Positions 1 to 7,555 are shown, counted from the stretch's first letter. The stretch: 12,699 bases of DNA from Candidatus Bathyarchaeia archaeon (GCA_030019335.1 JASEET010000020.1:1-12699), one strand, 5' to 3'. The notes: generated by a model from the letters alone, not told the origin. Numbers and translations: made by a program.

Positions 1-335
1 AAACTCTTACATGCAGCAGCGAGGGGTGCCAGCAATGTCCAACCGATAAGGACTCCAATAAGGCTGTGAACTAATATGTTTTGGGCAAAAAGTATGTTGG
101 TTATGAATCCTATTGAAAAGGAGATTATACCGATGTATCCTCCTTCCTTCCGTGAACTCCATAGAAGACGGGTAGCACCAAGCGATAAAACTGCACTTGT
201 CAGCATGAAGATTCCCCATAATGGAAACTGTGCGGTCCATCTTACAAGATGTCCACACATGTATTCGCCAACTATTACTTCAAGGGTTGATAAATTGTTG
301 ATGAACGCCATCGCCCATGCAACAAACCCTAACAT
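1..335 (-). CDS. Integral membrane protein, N-terminal part only (ORF runs off the left edge)
   Basis: This is the third minus-strand frame. It is absent from the ORF track because it has no stop inside the window. ATG at 335-333, then MLGFVAWAMAFINNLSTLEVIVGEYMCGHLVRWTAQFPLWGIFMLTSAVLSLGATRLLWSSRKEGGYIGIISFSIGFITNILFAQNILVHSLIGVLIGWTLLAPLAAACKS, open to base 1. There is an in-frame TAA just upstream of the ATG. The translation has several helix-length hydrophobic stretches. TATA-like ATATAATT (plus 358-365) lies about 26 nt upstream. I prefer it over track ORFs 7..258(-) and 76..351(+), which translate like shadow frames. Confidence 0.5.
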   Translation of the reverse strand, partial: MLGFVAWAMAFINNLSTLEVIVGEYMCGHLVRWTAQFPLWGIFMLTSAVLSLGATRLLWSSRKEGGYIGIISFSIGFITNILFAQNILVHSLIGVLIGWTLLAPLAAACKS

Positions 336-464
336 ACCAAGAACCGTGTAAACTGCAAATTATATCACCACCAATCTAATTAATGCGTTTCGCATGAAAA
401 TGCTTCCTTCTAACAATTCTAATTGATACAATTACAAATAGTCGATTCTAACAATATTAACTTC

Positions 465-1628
465 CTATTCTCGTTGAAAAATTGTGATAAGGGTCGTGTT
501 CCTTGTTGATATTTCTGACTGGTTTCCAAAGCCCTTTTTTACATAAGCGTTTTTTATGATAACTTTGTCGCCTACTTTTAAGCTGATAATCTTGTCTGCA
601 TGCCTGCGCCAAGTTGAAACCCATATTCTGCCAGTGTCATCCTTCAGTTCAAAAACGGCGAGGTTCACAACTTCTCCTTTGGATGTTTTCACGTTTCTAA
701 GAATAGGCTTAGTGACAACTTCTCCTTCAACATTAACATGGTTTAGGTCTTCTTTCAAATCAGCTATTTTCAAAAACTCTTCCGCAGGTGCGAGTGCCTC
801 CACGTAGGTTCCTGCGTTAACGTGGATTTCTAAGCCTTTGCTTATTGCTTTTTTCACTTTTGTATTCACCATCTGCAACTTGACGCCTTTCTTTAACGTC
901 TTCTCAAGCTCATCTACCTTTTCGTTCCAAACAACAACTGGTATTTCAGCTGTTTCGTCAGCCAATGTAAATCGCATAACTTTTCCAGAGCTTGAGTCTC
1001 GCCTTTTAAAAGTGGAGACTGAAAACAGTTCTTTAACAATGCCTGTTATGTTTACTTTTTTGTTTTTGCGTGTTTTGGTGATCTCTCCAATTTTTGTTAC
1101 AAATTTGCCGATTGTGGGGTAATCTTTTGCTTCGATATTCTTTGGATTAATTTCGATTTCACTCCTATCTCCAATGTGTAACTCAACTCGCCCACTGCGG
1201 TTTTCTCTCGTGTACCCATGAGAAAAGCGGATTATTTGTCCAACCTTTAACTTGTCAGATTCCATGAGGTCTGCCTTATCATTCCACAAAACAACCCGTA
1301 AAATATCATTTTTGTCAGCAATAAGCAAACTTGCAACTTTCCCGCTTTTATTCCCTTCAAAAGTTTTGGGAGGGAAAACTGCAACAACCCGCCCAACAAC
1401 GGTAACATCGCTTAAACCAGGAACCAAATCCCCAAGTGAAAGCGTAGGCGTTGGAGTCTCTCTTGGAATTTCCACACCAAGCTCAGCTGCAATCATCCGC
1501 AAAAGAATCTCGTCTGAAATAAAACCGTCCGTTTTCCTTTTTTCTCTCTCCAATCTTCCCAAAATCTCTTCTCTCGAAATTTCCGGATGCCTCGAAAGGA
1601 TTTGCTCAATTATCTTTTCAGTCGCCAT
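465..1628 (-). CDS. RPA-like single-stranded DNA-binding protein with three tandem OB folds (replication factor A family)
   Basis: 387-aa ORF. It has an N-terminal helical segment followed by three repeats of the OB pattern: V.V.G.V, then a beta-rich stretch, then G.v..l.l.D.tg.i....W......l..G.vi. The three repeat cores are DVTVVGRVVAV...LLIADKNDILRVVLWNDKA, VNITGIVKEL...FTLADETAEIPVVVWNEKV and VNVEGEVVTK...FELKDDTGRIWVSTWRRHA. No zinc finger was seen. Confidence 0.8.
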   Translation of the reverse strand: MATEKIIEQILSRHPEISREEILGRLEREKRKTDGFISDEILLRMIAAELGVEIPRETPTPTLSLGDLVPGLSDVTVVGRVVAVFPPKTFEGNKSGKVASLLIADKNDILRVVLWNDKADLMESDKLKVGQIIRFSHGYTRENRSGRVELHIGDRSEIEINPKNIEAKDYPTIGKFVTKIGEITKTRKNKKVNITGIVKELFSVSTFKRRDSSSGKVMRFTLADETAEIPVVVWNEKVDELEKTLKKGVKLQMVNTKVKKAISKGLEIHVNAGTYVEALAPAEEFLKIADLKEDLNHVNVEGEVVTKPILRNVKTSKGEVVNLAVFELKDDTGRIWVSTWRRHADKIISLKVGDKVIIKNAYVKKGFGNQSEISTRNTTLITIFQRE

Positions 1629-1733
1629 TTAACTTCAATACCGCTGAAGATGAGGAAGAATGGATGCTATAAAGTTTATTAAAAGCTGTTAGCGACTTGT
1701 AAAATGTATCAAGAAAGGAGCTTGAAATAGGCG

Positions 1734-1997
1734 ATGGATGCAGGGACGCTTTATGGTTTAGGCATTATCTTAATATTCGCTGGAATGCTTGTCATCTTAG
1801 TTGCAATCATTTTGCTCTTCCTCTCAAGTGTTAAGGGAGAGGGAAAGGTCAGGGGTGGCGGAGCCATAATAATTGGGCCTTTTCCAATAATTTTTGGAAC
1901 GGATAAAGAATCAGTTAAAACGGTTTTGTTGCTCTCGATAATACTTGTAGTGCTTCTTGCAATAGTAATGGTGATGTTTTACTTAATATTCAGATAA
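1734..1997 (+). CDS. DUF131-family small membrane protein (two TM helices)
   Basis: 87 aa with two hydrophobic helices flanking the motif GGGAIIIGPFPIIFGTDKE, typical of archaeal DUF131/TIGR00304-type proteins. GGAG lies about 12 nt upstream of the ATG. Confidence 0.75.
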   Translation: MDAGTLYGLGIILIFAGMLVILVAIILLFLSSVKGEGKVRGGGAIIIGPFPIIFGTDKESVKTVLLLSIILVVLLAIVMVMFYLIFR

Positions 1998-2010
1998 GGA
2001 GAGAACGTTC

Positions 2011-2319
2011 ATGACGACAATCTACGGAAAAATTGCAAATTGTGCAAATGGTGAGTCAAACGTATTTAGAAAATTCTTGATATTATTTATCATAGGATTT
2101 TTCATAATTTTTACAGGCATCATGATTTTGATGGTTGCTGCAGTGCTTTCCGGTGACTCAGTAAATTTCGGCGCCCTTATATTTATAGGACCTTTTCCCA
2201 TAGTTGTAGGCGCTGGACCTGAAGCGGCGTTGATGGTTTTATTTGCTATAATTCTTGGAGTTTTAGGCATCATAATGTTTCTGATATTGCGTAGAGAAAT
2301 GAAAAAGAGCACGGCTTAA
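2011..2319 (+). CDS. DUF131-family small membrane protein, tandem paralog
   Basis: 102 aa with the same layout and motif (FGALIFIGPFPIVVGAGPE) as the upstream gene. There is a 13-nt gap and GGAGAG ahead of the ATG, so it is probably co-transcribed. Confidence 0.75.
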   Translation: MTTIYGKIANCANGESNVFRKFLILFIIGFFIIFTGIMILMVAAVLSGDSVNFGALIFIGPFPIVVGAGPEAALMVLFAIILGVLGIIMFLILRREMKKSTA

Positions 2320-2325
2320 GCTTTT

Positions 2326-2442
2326 TCAGCTTGTCTTTTCCTCTTTACCGTATAGCATGTATAGGAATATTAAAACCAATGCGACGAATGTTGCTGTCAT
2401 AAGGATGTACTTGAGTATTTCAAAGTATGCTCCTATATCCAT
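2326..2442 (-). CDS. Possible 38-aa single-pass membrane micro-protein
   Basis: Below the size cutoff of the ORF track. Translation is MDIGAYFEILKYILMTATFVALVLIFLYMLYGKEEKTS. GGAG lies 9 nt upstream of the ATG (minus strand AAAAGGAGAAAACTTCAATG). It has one hydrophobic helix and a charged tail. There is no homology evidence. Confidence 0.3.
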   Translation of the reverse strand: MDIGAYFEILKYILMTATFVALVLIFLYMLYGKEEKTS

Positions 2443-2484
2443 TGAAGTTTTCTCCTTTTACCCTTTATTTTACAGTTTAAATAT

Positions 2485-2895
2485 TTAAGGCATAGGGTTT
2501 TTCCATTCTGTCATTAATGAATCGTAAAGTTCGTCGCGTTCTTCTAGGGTTTCATACCATTCTAAGATGTTGGCTATTTTCTGCGCGATGAGATGATAGC
2601 ATAAGTGCACTTCTCTATCCATGACGCGAAAGTAAAAGTCGTCGCATGGGCAGAATTCGGCTTCAGGCATTAGGAGGTAGTCCCGTTCTTTTCCAACAAC
2701 AATCCAGACGATTCTACCGCTTGGCTTAAAAACATACTTTTTTACACGATTTTCTTTTAAGGCTTCGAAAGCCTTTGTGAACCGTTGACCGAAAATTTCA
2801 TACAGTTTTGTAAGGTTTTTACCTGTTAATTTGCCTTCGGCTTTTGCTTCTTTGCATATAGCGTTTAGCGTGTCGATTTCTGAGTTTTCGTCCAT
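2485..2895 (-). CDS. SWIM zinc-finger domain protein
   Basis: 136 aa containing FCPCDDFYFRVMDREVHLCYH. This matches the SWIM signature CxC-x14-CxH, preceded by a beta-rich segment (YVFKPSGRIVWIVVG). Confidence 0.75.
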   Translation of the reverse strand: MDENSEIDTLNAICKEAKAEGKLTGKNLTKLYEIFGQRFTKAFEALKENRVKKYVFKPSGRIVWIVVGKERDYLLMPEAEFCPCDDFYFRVMDREVHLCYHLIAQKIANILEWYETLEERDELYDSLMTEWKNPMP

Positions 2896-2948
2896 GCATG
2901 CACGGGCTCTTCGGAGAGAGTTGACTGAACTGAAAGGGATGATGCATA

Positions 2949-3539
2949 TTAGTCTATGCCTATTGGTTCGCCTTTTGGTTTCTTTTCCTCTTTGATTTTT
3001 GGTAACGTAATTTCTAAAACACCGTTTTTATACTGTGTTTTTGTCTCTTTAACTTTCACTTTTGCTGGTAATGTAATTTCTTTGTAGTATTTGCGTTGTG
3101 GAGTATCAACTGACATTGTTAGTGTGTTCTCTGTTCCGTGCAGTTTTATGTCGTTTTTCTCTACGCCGGGTAGTTCTGCCACGATGTGAATCTCTCCGTC
3201 TGTTTCGATGATGTCCACAAGCGGTTCACGCTCTTCTTTTACTCGTGGTCCAAAACGGCTTGGCTTAACGTTTCCAAACTCGCGAATTTCAGGTTTTCCG
3301 TCAGGACCTATTTTTACGCTGTATCCGTATACGAAGGGGCCCCATTCGCGTACGGTTGTGCCGTCTGGGAGTTTGCGTTCTCTGACATAGTCTTTTGGGA
3401 CTCGGGAGGTGAATGTTTTGAATTCTTCTTCCATCATTTTTTCCATTTCACGGAACATTCGGTCGATGTCTTCGAAGAACCAGCTTCTAAAGAACGGGTA
3501 ACGTCTCCTTCTAAACCATTCTGGGTAATCTTCTGGCAT
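2949..3539 (-). CDS. hsp20: Small heat-shock protein, Hsp20/alpha-crystallin family
   Basis: 196 aa. The C-terminal alpha-crystallin domain reads DIIETDGEIHIVAELPGVEKNDIKLH...YYKEITLPAKVKVKETKTQYKNGVLEITLPK. The long N-terminal arm with GPFVYGYSVKIGPDGKP is common in archaeal Hsp20. Confidence 0.9.
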   Translation of the reverse strand: MPEDYPEWFRRRRYPFFRSWFFEDIDRMFREMEKMMEEEFKTFTSRVPKDYVRERKLPDGTTVREWGPFVYGYSVKIGPDGKPEIREFGNVKPSRFGPRVKEEREPLVDIIETDGEIHIVAELPGVEKNDIKLHGTENTLTMSVDTPQRKYYKEITLPAKVKVKETKTQYKNGVLEITLPKIKEEKKPKGEPIGID

Positions 3540-3597
3540 CTTTTCACCTTATTAGTGTGAAGGAGCTATCATCTATAAATTTTATGCTGAAATACTG

Positions 3598-4443
3598 CTA
3601 ACTTAAAATTCTGAGTTGATTTAAGGTTCCAAGGAATGTTCCGTCCAGAAGATAAGTTTCTGCGTTTTCCACGTCTACAGCTTCTGAGCGGAGAACGGGT
3701 CCCACAATCCTTTTAGTTTTCGCATTCTCACCAAGTTTTCTCTCGTTTAGCGGTTTTCCTCCCAGAAAATCGTTGAAAGAAGGCATTATGAAAAGCTGTG
3801 AGGTTTTTGGCTTAATTTTGTAATGTTTCCATAGAGTTTCTTCGGGGTTCTTCTCGATTTTTACTTTATATTTTTGCAGTAAGACTTTGGTTAGTTGGGT
3901 TTTATCGCAGCTTGCTTTCACCCAGACTTGGCTTGTTATTCTGAACCCTGCAGGGTCTCGGAAGGCTACAACGGGATGGATGTGCCCCATTATCAATGTT
4001 TTGCATTTTAGAAGGGTTGGTGATGGCCATCGGTGTCCATGGAAAAAGCCGACTTCGCCAAGTGTTATGCCGGTTGCTGGCAAGATTTTTATGTTTTCGG
4101 GTAGTAGTGGTTCGAGGTTTCCATCATGGTTACCACGGATTATGTGTATTTCTTGTATTTGCTTTTTCAGTTCATTAAAGAAGTCTGGTATGTCTTGCCA
4201 TTCGCCTATTTCTGCGGTTGCAACAGTGTGTTTTACATCGCCTAAAATGAGTAGTTTTTCCGGTTTACATGCGGATATGAGGCTTTTCAGTTTTTGCAGA
4301 AGTTTCGGCGCTTGGGTTGGAACGTGTATGCCCCTTTGTGAGAGAGCTATCTCCCAGCCTATATGCAGGTCTGCTATCACTAGCGTTCTTGCTTTTCGCG
4401 CTTTTAGTAGTGCGGCTGGGTATGGCGTTAGTGGCGTTATCAT
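3598..4443 (-). CDS. Calcineurin-like metallophosphoesterase (archaeal MJ0037/ICC-like type)
   Basis: 281 aa carrying the ordered metallophosphoesterase motifs IADLHIG (DxH), ILGDVKH (GD), RGNHD (GNHD), FFHGHRW (GH) and GHIHP (GHxH). Confidence 0.85.
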   Translation of the reverse strand: MITPLTPYPAALLKARKARTLVIADLHIGWEIALSQRGIHVPTQAPKLLQKLKSLISACKPEKLLILGDVKHTVATAEIGEWQDIPDFFNELKKQIQEIHIIRGNHDGNLEPLLPENIKILPATGITLGEVGFFHGHRWPSPTLLKCKTLIMGHIHPVVAFRDPAGFRITSQVWVKASCDKTQLTKVLLQKYKVKIEKNPEETLWKHYKIKPKTSQLFIMPSFNDFLGGKPLNERKLGENAKTKRIVGPVLRSEAVDVENAETYLLDGTFLGTLNQLRILS

Positions 4444-5276
4444 TTTTTTTCCTTTTCAAGTTTTATTAGGTCGAGTATGGTTTTGTGGATTTTTTGGTTT
4501 GCTGCTATGAAGGCTACTTTTTGTTTCGGATCAAGCTTAACGTTTAGCGGTTTTCCCTCTGGCGTTGTTATTTTTGCTCCTGCCTCTTCTATTATTAGGC
4601 ATGCGGCTACCATGTCTGTTGTGCGGAGTTTTCCGCGTATGTCTATGAAGGCGTCTGTTGTGCCGTCTGCCACGTAACACAGTTCCAGAGCGTTTGCTCC
4701 CAGATGACGTATGTGTTTTGTTTTTTGGATTAGGCCTGTTAGTTTTGGGGCTATTTCTGGGATTTTGTAGGTGTTTAGGTCTATGCCTATCACCGCATCT
4801 TCTAGTGATGTAGTATTCAATGGAGTTATTTTCTGGTTGTTGCGGTAGGCTCCTTTTCCTTTCTGTGCAGTATAGGTTATGTCATGAGCTAAGTCTGCCA
4901 CCAGCGCTGTATGTATGGTGTTTAACGTTGGCTTTGTGGATACGGCGATTGAAGTTGCGTAGAAGGGTATGCCTCTCATGAGGTTTGTTGTGCCGTCTAT
5001 CGGGTCTGCTGTCACGTAATGCTTATGGGGGTTTTCGCCATATTCTTTTATGCCGGATTCTTCACTTATGAGTGTAAAGGAGATTTTTTGATTTTTTATT
5101 GTGTTTATTATTGCGTTTTCTGCTACGAGGTCTATCTGTTTTAAAGGGTCGCCGCCAGCTCCTATGCCCAAGTTTGGCTGCGGTTGGCTTGGCGTTTTTA
5201 GGAGCGGGCTAATATGTTCTTGCATGTTGTTTTTGCATTGGATAAGAATGCTTAGCCAGTTGATTTGCTTTGTCAC
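4440..5276 (-). CDS. Inositol monophosphatase / fructose-1,6-bisphosphatase family protein
   Basis: 278 aa with LISEESG, the canonical DPIDGTTN motif, GANALELCYVADG and the C-terminal TDMVAACLIIEEAG. The stop overlaps the downstream phosphoesterase start by 4 nt (ATGA at 4440-4443), implying an operon. Confidence 0.85.
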   Translation of the reverse strand: MTKQINWLSILIQCKNNMQEHISPLLKTPSQPQPNLGIGAGGDPLKQIDLVAENAIINTIKNQKISFTLISEESGIKEYGENPHKHYVTADPIDGTTNLMRGIPFYATSIAVSTKPTLNTIHTALVADLAHDITYTAQKGKGAYRNNQKITPLNTTSLEDAVIGIDLNTYKIPEIAPKLTGLIQKTKHIRHLGANALELCYVADGTTDAFIDIRGKLRTTDMVAACLIIEEAGAKITTPEGKPLNVKLDPKQKVAFIAANQKIHKTILDLIKLEKEKK

Positions 5277-5329
5277 TTGCTGGTTTTCTCCATTTTGTTA
5301 CATATTAAGAAACGTTTACTAAAATTTTC

Positions 5330-5773
5330 TTACAAGTGTTTGGACGACTTAATTTCTGAAGGTGTTACCACATGAAGCCTTGGTATTCGCTGAAAATGCT
5401 GCTTATTATGAGTGAGAACTGTAAAACCATTACTAACAGCTACGCATCCGATGAAAAGGTCTCTCACGCCTATACTTTGTCCTTCCGATTCAAGTTCAGC
5501 CAATACCTGACCAGCCGTCTCCGCAGAACCTTCATCAACCGTCAAAAGCTCAAGAGTTGAAAGAAGCCCCTTCACCGAAGCAAGATTGCGCTGAACATCC
5601 TTCGACTTGTATGCTCCATAATAAACCTCAAAAGCATTTATGGTTGTTGTTGCAAGCTTCGTCTCAGCTTCGAGTTCCCGAATAAGCTCAGCTTCTTCCC
5701 TCTTGTTTCGTAAGACCCCGATGAGAATTGTTGAGTCAAGAATCACTCTCTTTGTAACTTCCAACGAGACCAC
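5330..5773 (-). CDS. vapC: PIN-domain ribonuclease toxin VapC
   Basis: 147 aa starting at GTG. The PIN acidic positions lie in VILDSTILI, INAFEVYYG and VRDLFIG, followed by TVLTHNKQHF. Its 5' end overlaps the 3' end of the upstream antitoxin ORF, which is classic TA coupling. Confidence 0.85.
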   Translation of the reverse strand: MVSLEVTKRVILDSTILIGVLRNKREEAELIRELEAETKLATTTINAFEVYYGAYKSKDVQRNLASVKGLLSTLELLTVDEGSAETAGQVLAELESEGQSIGVRDLFIGCVAVSNGFTVLTHNKQHFQRIPRLHVVTPSEIKSSKHL

Positions 5774-5991
5774 GCCTCCCTTAGGCTTTTAAGAATCTCT
5801 GCTTCCTCCTGATCACTCATGCTCCAAGCTCCAGCAAAATCACTCAGCCTCAATTTCCTTTCCTTTAGCAAATATTCCATGGCTTCATCCAGAGAAACCC
5901 GACGCTTCAACTTCATCTGAAGCTCACCTGCGATTTCACAAAGCCTTGCGTATGTCTCCTTACTGATCTTAACCGTTTTAACCTCGGTCAG
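5743..5991 (-). CDS. vapB: VapB-type antitoxin lacking a canonical start codon (5' end abuts the IS right end)
   Basis: The open frame from 6003 to the TGA at 5745-5743 reads ..LTEVKTVKISKETYARLCEIAGELQMKLKRRVSLDEAMEYLLKERKLRLSDFAGAWSMSDQEEAEILKSLREAWSRWKLQRE. This resembles archaeal putative VapB antitoxins (TI.VS.E.Y..L.....SFSE.I..LL). No ATG, GTG or TTG occurs in frame before ATG 5916-5914, which would give only 57 aa without the conserved N-terminus. The codon at 5991-5989 is CTG and spans the IS junction. Confidence 0.6.
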   Translation of the reverse strand: MTEVKTVKISKETYARLCEIAGELQMKLKRRVSLDEAMEYLLKERKLRLSDFAGAWSMSDQEEAEILKSLREAWSRWKLQRE

Positions 5992-6150
5992 TGAACTACC
6001 CCCCTACAAGTAGGGAGGTTTCCAGCGTTAGATAAGGCTTTTCGCTGTTATCTGCATCTGCTGGTTCAGGGGGTTCACGTCTCCCCCAAACTCCTCTGAC
6101 TTTGGTTTAGCCTTTTGTCCAAGGAGTCTTTTCGCTATGTTTATTGAGGC
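5971..6150 (-). ncRNA. Predicted TnpB omega-RNA (reRNA): scaffold over the tnpB 3' end plus the right-end hairpin, with the guide taken from flanking DNA
   Basis: The call is by analogy with characterised IS200/IS605 TnpB systems. After the tnpB stop the minus strand reads CGCUGGAAA-CCUCCCUAC-UU-GUAGGGGGG-UAGUUCAC. The first flank nucleotides, UGACCGAGGUUAAAACGG (5990 down to 5973), follow directly. The 5' limit of the scaffold is a guess and there is no expression evidence. Confidence 0.35.
5999..6018 (-). repeat. Right-end hairpin of the tnpB element
   Basis: Plus strand CCCCCCTAC-AA-GTAGGGAGG. On the minus-strand RNA this is 9 pairs including one G-U, or 8 pairs around a CUUG loop. Confidence 0.6.
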
Positions 6151-7233
6151 GTTGAGGTCTCTGCTGTACACCATTCCACAAACCGAACATCGGTAAACCT
6201 CTCCGTTCAATAATTTCTTAACGTTTCCGCATCGGTGGCAGGTCTTCGATGTGTTTTTGGCTTTCACATAGGTTACGGGTATCCCCCGCCACAGAGCCTT
6301 GTACTCGATGAATTGTTGAAGTTGTCTGAATGGAAGCGTGTGGAGTCTACGATTCATCTTCTTTCCATAATGAATACTGTTTCTCATTTTTGTCAGGTCT
6401 TCCATAGCAATGATGGGGTTCTCGAATTCTTTAACGTATTCAACGATTTCGTTAGCCAGCTTATGAAGTTCTTGATTAACTTGTCTACGCTCTCTGCCCT
6501 GAAGCCTCTTAACTATGTCAAGCTTATTTTTTTGCTGAAGGTTGGCTCTGACCTGGGAGTTTTTCCATCGCAGTTGTTTAAGTTTCGAGCCTCTCCAAAA
6601 CTTTGCTTTCCTCGGCTTATCCTTGAAGGCTACTGCAACGGCAAGGTTGTTCTCACCAACATCGATACCTATCACTGTTTCAGGTTCTTCGAAGAAAACT
6701 GTCTTTTTAACCACGAAGTGAGCGTACCATTTGCCCTTTCGCTTAACCATCTCCACAGTGGCGAATTGAAGCTTGCCCTGGAAAGCATCCTCTATTAGTT
6801 GTCTCTGGCGTTCACCGAACACTACGGGGAGGCTGACTCTTCGTCCATGATTCAATTTTAGGCTAAGCCAATACGGTGTCAGAACGTTAGTTGTCTTGCT
6901 GAAGCTGTAGCATCTACTATCAAAACGTACGGAAATTCTCTTCAGAACCAGAACACTGTCTTCCTTTCTGTTCTCTTCAAAACTCTTCAAGATTTCACCC
7001 GCTTTGTCTCTGGCGTTCTGGATCAAAGCTGTTGGAAGCCTGAACATAGCCTTAGCTTCTTCATAAGAAGATTGGTTATGTCGTCTAGAAGTGTCTTTGA
7101 GTTTGACATAGAACCTGACAGCTCGCATAAACTCTAATAAGCATCTGTTTAATGCTAGAATTTTCTGTGCATTAGGCTTGAAAACCTTTCCTACAACACA
7201 TATCGGAACATCCACTTCAAGGAACATCCTCAA
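6028..7233 (-). CDS. tnpB: TnpB (OrfB) RNA-guided endonuclease, apparently intact
   Basis: 401 aa. RuvC-I is VIGIDVGENNLAV, RuvC-II is IIAMEDLTKM, the zinc ribbon is CHRCG...CSVCG and RuvC-III is SRDLNASINIA. The track start is TTG 7233; ATG 7227 (MFLEVDV...) is an equally good start given the TATA at 7254-7261. Confidence 0.9.
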   Translation of the reverse strand: MRMFLEVDVPICVVGKVFKPNAQKILALNRCLLEFMRAVRFYVKLKDTSRRHNQSSYEEAKAMFRLPTALIQNARDKAGEILKSFEENRKEDSVLVLKRISVRFDSRCYSFSKTTNVLTPYWLSLKLNHGRRVSLPVVFGERQRQLIEDAFQGKLQFATVEMVKRKGKWYAHFVVKKTVFFEEPETVIGIDVGENNLAVAVAFKDKPRKAKFWRGSKLKQLRWKNSQVRANLQQKNKLDIVKRLQGRERRQVNQELHKLANEIVEYVKEFENPIIAMEDLTKMRNSIHYGKKMNRRLHTLPFRQLQQFIEYKALWRGIPVTYVKAKNTSKTCHRCGNVKKLLNGEVYRCSVCGMVYSRDLNASINIAKRLLGQKAKPKSEEFGGDVNPLNQQMQITAKSLI

Positions 7234-7253
7234 AAAATTCTCTTGAAAAAAAC

Positions 7254-7261
7254 TATTTAAA
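7254..7261 (-). promoter_or_regulatory. TATA box for tnpB (minus-strand TTTAAATA)
   Basis: It is centred about 24-30 nt upstream of TTG 7233 / ATG 7227 and preceded by the purine-rich BRE-like GTAAAAGG. This is consistent with a leaderless or near-leaderless transcript. Confidence 0.45.
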
Positions 7262-7269
7262 CCTTTTAC

Positions 7270-7309
7270 GCCGATTCATCCACCCATTAAAATGGGTGGG
7301 CTTCTCGGC
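7270..7309 (-). repeat. Left-end bipartite palindrome of the tnpB element
   Basis: Minus strand GCCGA-GAAG-C-CCACCCA-TTTTAA-TGGGTGG-ATGAA-TCGGC. The outer stem is 5 bp and the inner stem 7 bp. Confidence 0.5.
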
Positions 7310-7555
7310 ATTCTTTCTAAATCACCAAGTAGAAAAAGTGTAATTCTACATTTAACACTTTCGCTTTAACGAAAAACATGAATCCAAAACCATACAATAG
7401 TGTAAGAGTCTCAGCACATATAAAACTAGCTCTGCACAATCTTCTAGAAAAAGATTCTGAAAAACAACCTCATAAGACATTTAAACAAACAAGAAAGAAC
7501 AATAATATCTGCGGAGGGCATATTAACGACAACGAAAATTGCAGAAATCCTAGAG

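Larger units (their letters stand above)
5991..7310 (-). mobile_element. IS200/IS605-family element carrying only tnpB (IS1341-like), about 1.32 kb
   Basis: Intact tnpB with no tnpA. Right end: 9-bp hairpin at 5999-6018 followed by TAGTTCAC on the minus strand, ending at 5991. Left end: bipartite imperfect palindrome at 7270-7309. Both end signatures recur in the second element at 10.5-11.7 kb. Boundaries are good to a few nt on the right and roughly +/-20 nt on the left. Confidence 0.7.

Noticed and set aside
7-351. Track ORFs 7..258(-) and 76..351(+)
   Set aside because: Both overlap a third minus-strand frame that is open to the window edge and translates to a convincing multi-helix membrane protein. 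Their own translations are Cys/His/Arg-rich with no recognisable features. I treat them as shadow ORFs.
556-5560. Many track ORFs antisense to or out of frame with the large genes (for example 556..807, 838..1122, 1252..1632, 2022..2312, 3186..3560, 3887..4510, 4265..4459, 4477..4677, 5101..5322, 5372..5560)
   Set aside because: Each lies wholly inside a longer ORF that carries clear family motifs. Their translations are Ser/Phe/Leu/Cys-rich low-complexity sequence typical of reverse-frame shadows.
5971-5995. Similarity between the vapB-side flank (TTCAC-TGACCGAG-GTTAAAAC) and the ATPase 5' end (TTC-GACCCGAG-ACCAAAAAC at 12217-12240), which might mean a guide-target relationship or a longer shared repeat
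   Set aside because: The match needs several gaps and would not satisfy a contiguous seed. The ATPase bases encode the family-typical FDPRPK motif, so they are probably native coding sequence. It stays as a caveat for the exact right-end boundary of the tnpB element.
7301-7311. ATGCCGAGAAG at the left end of the tnpB element versus ATGCCGAGAGG at the tnpA start of the decayed IS (10578-10588), as a possible tnpA-start remnant in element 1
   Set aside because: Its position relative to the left-end hairpin is reversed between the two elements. In both elements GCCGA pairs with a nearby TCGGC, so it is more simply part of the end secondary structure. This is not resolvable without more copies.
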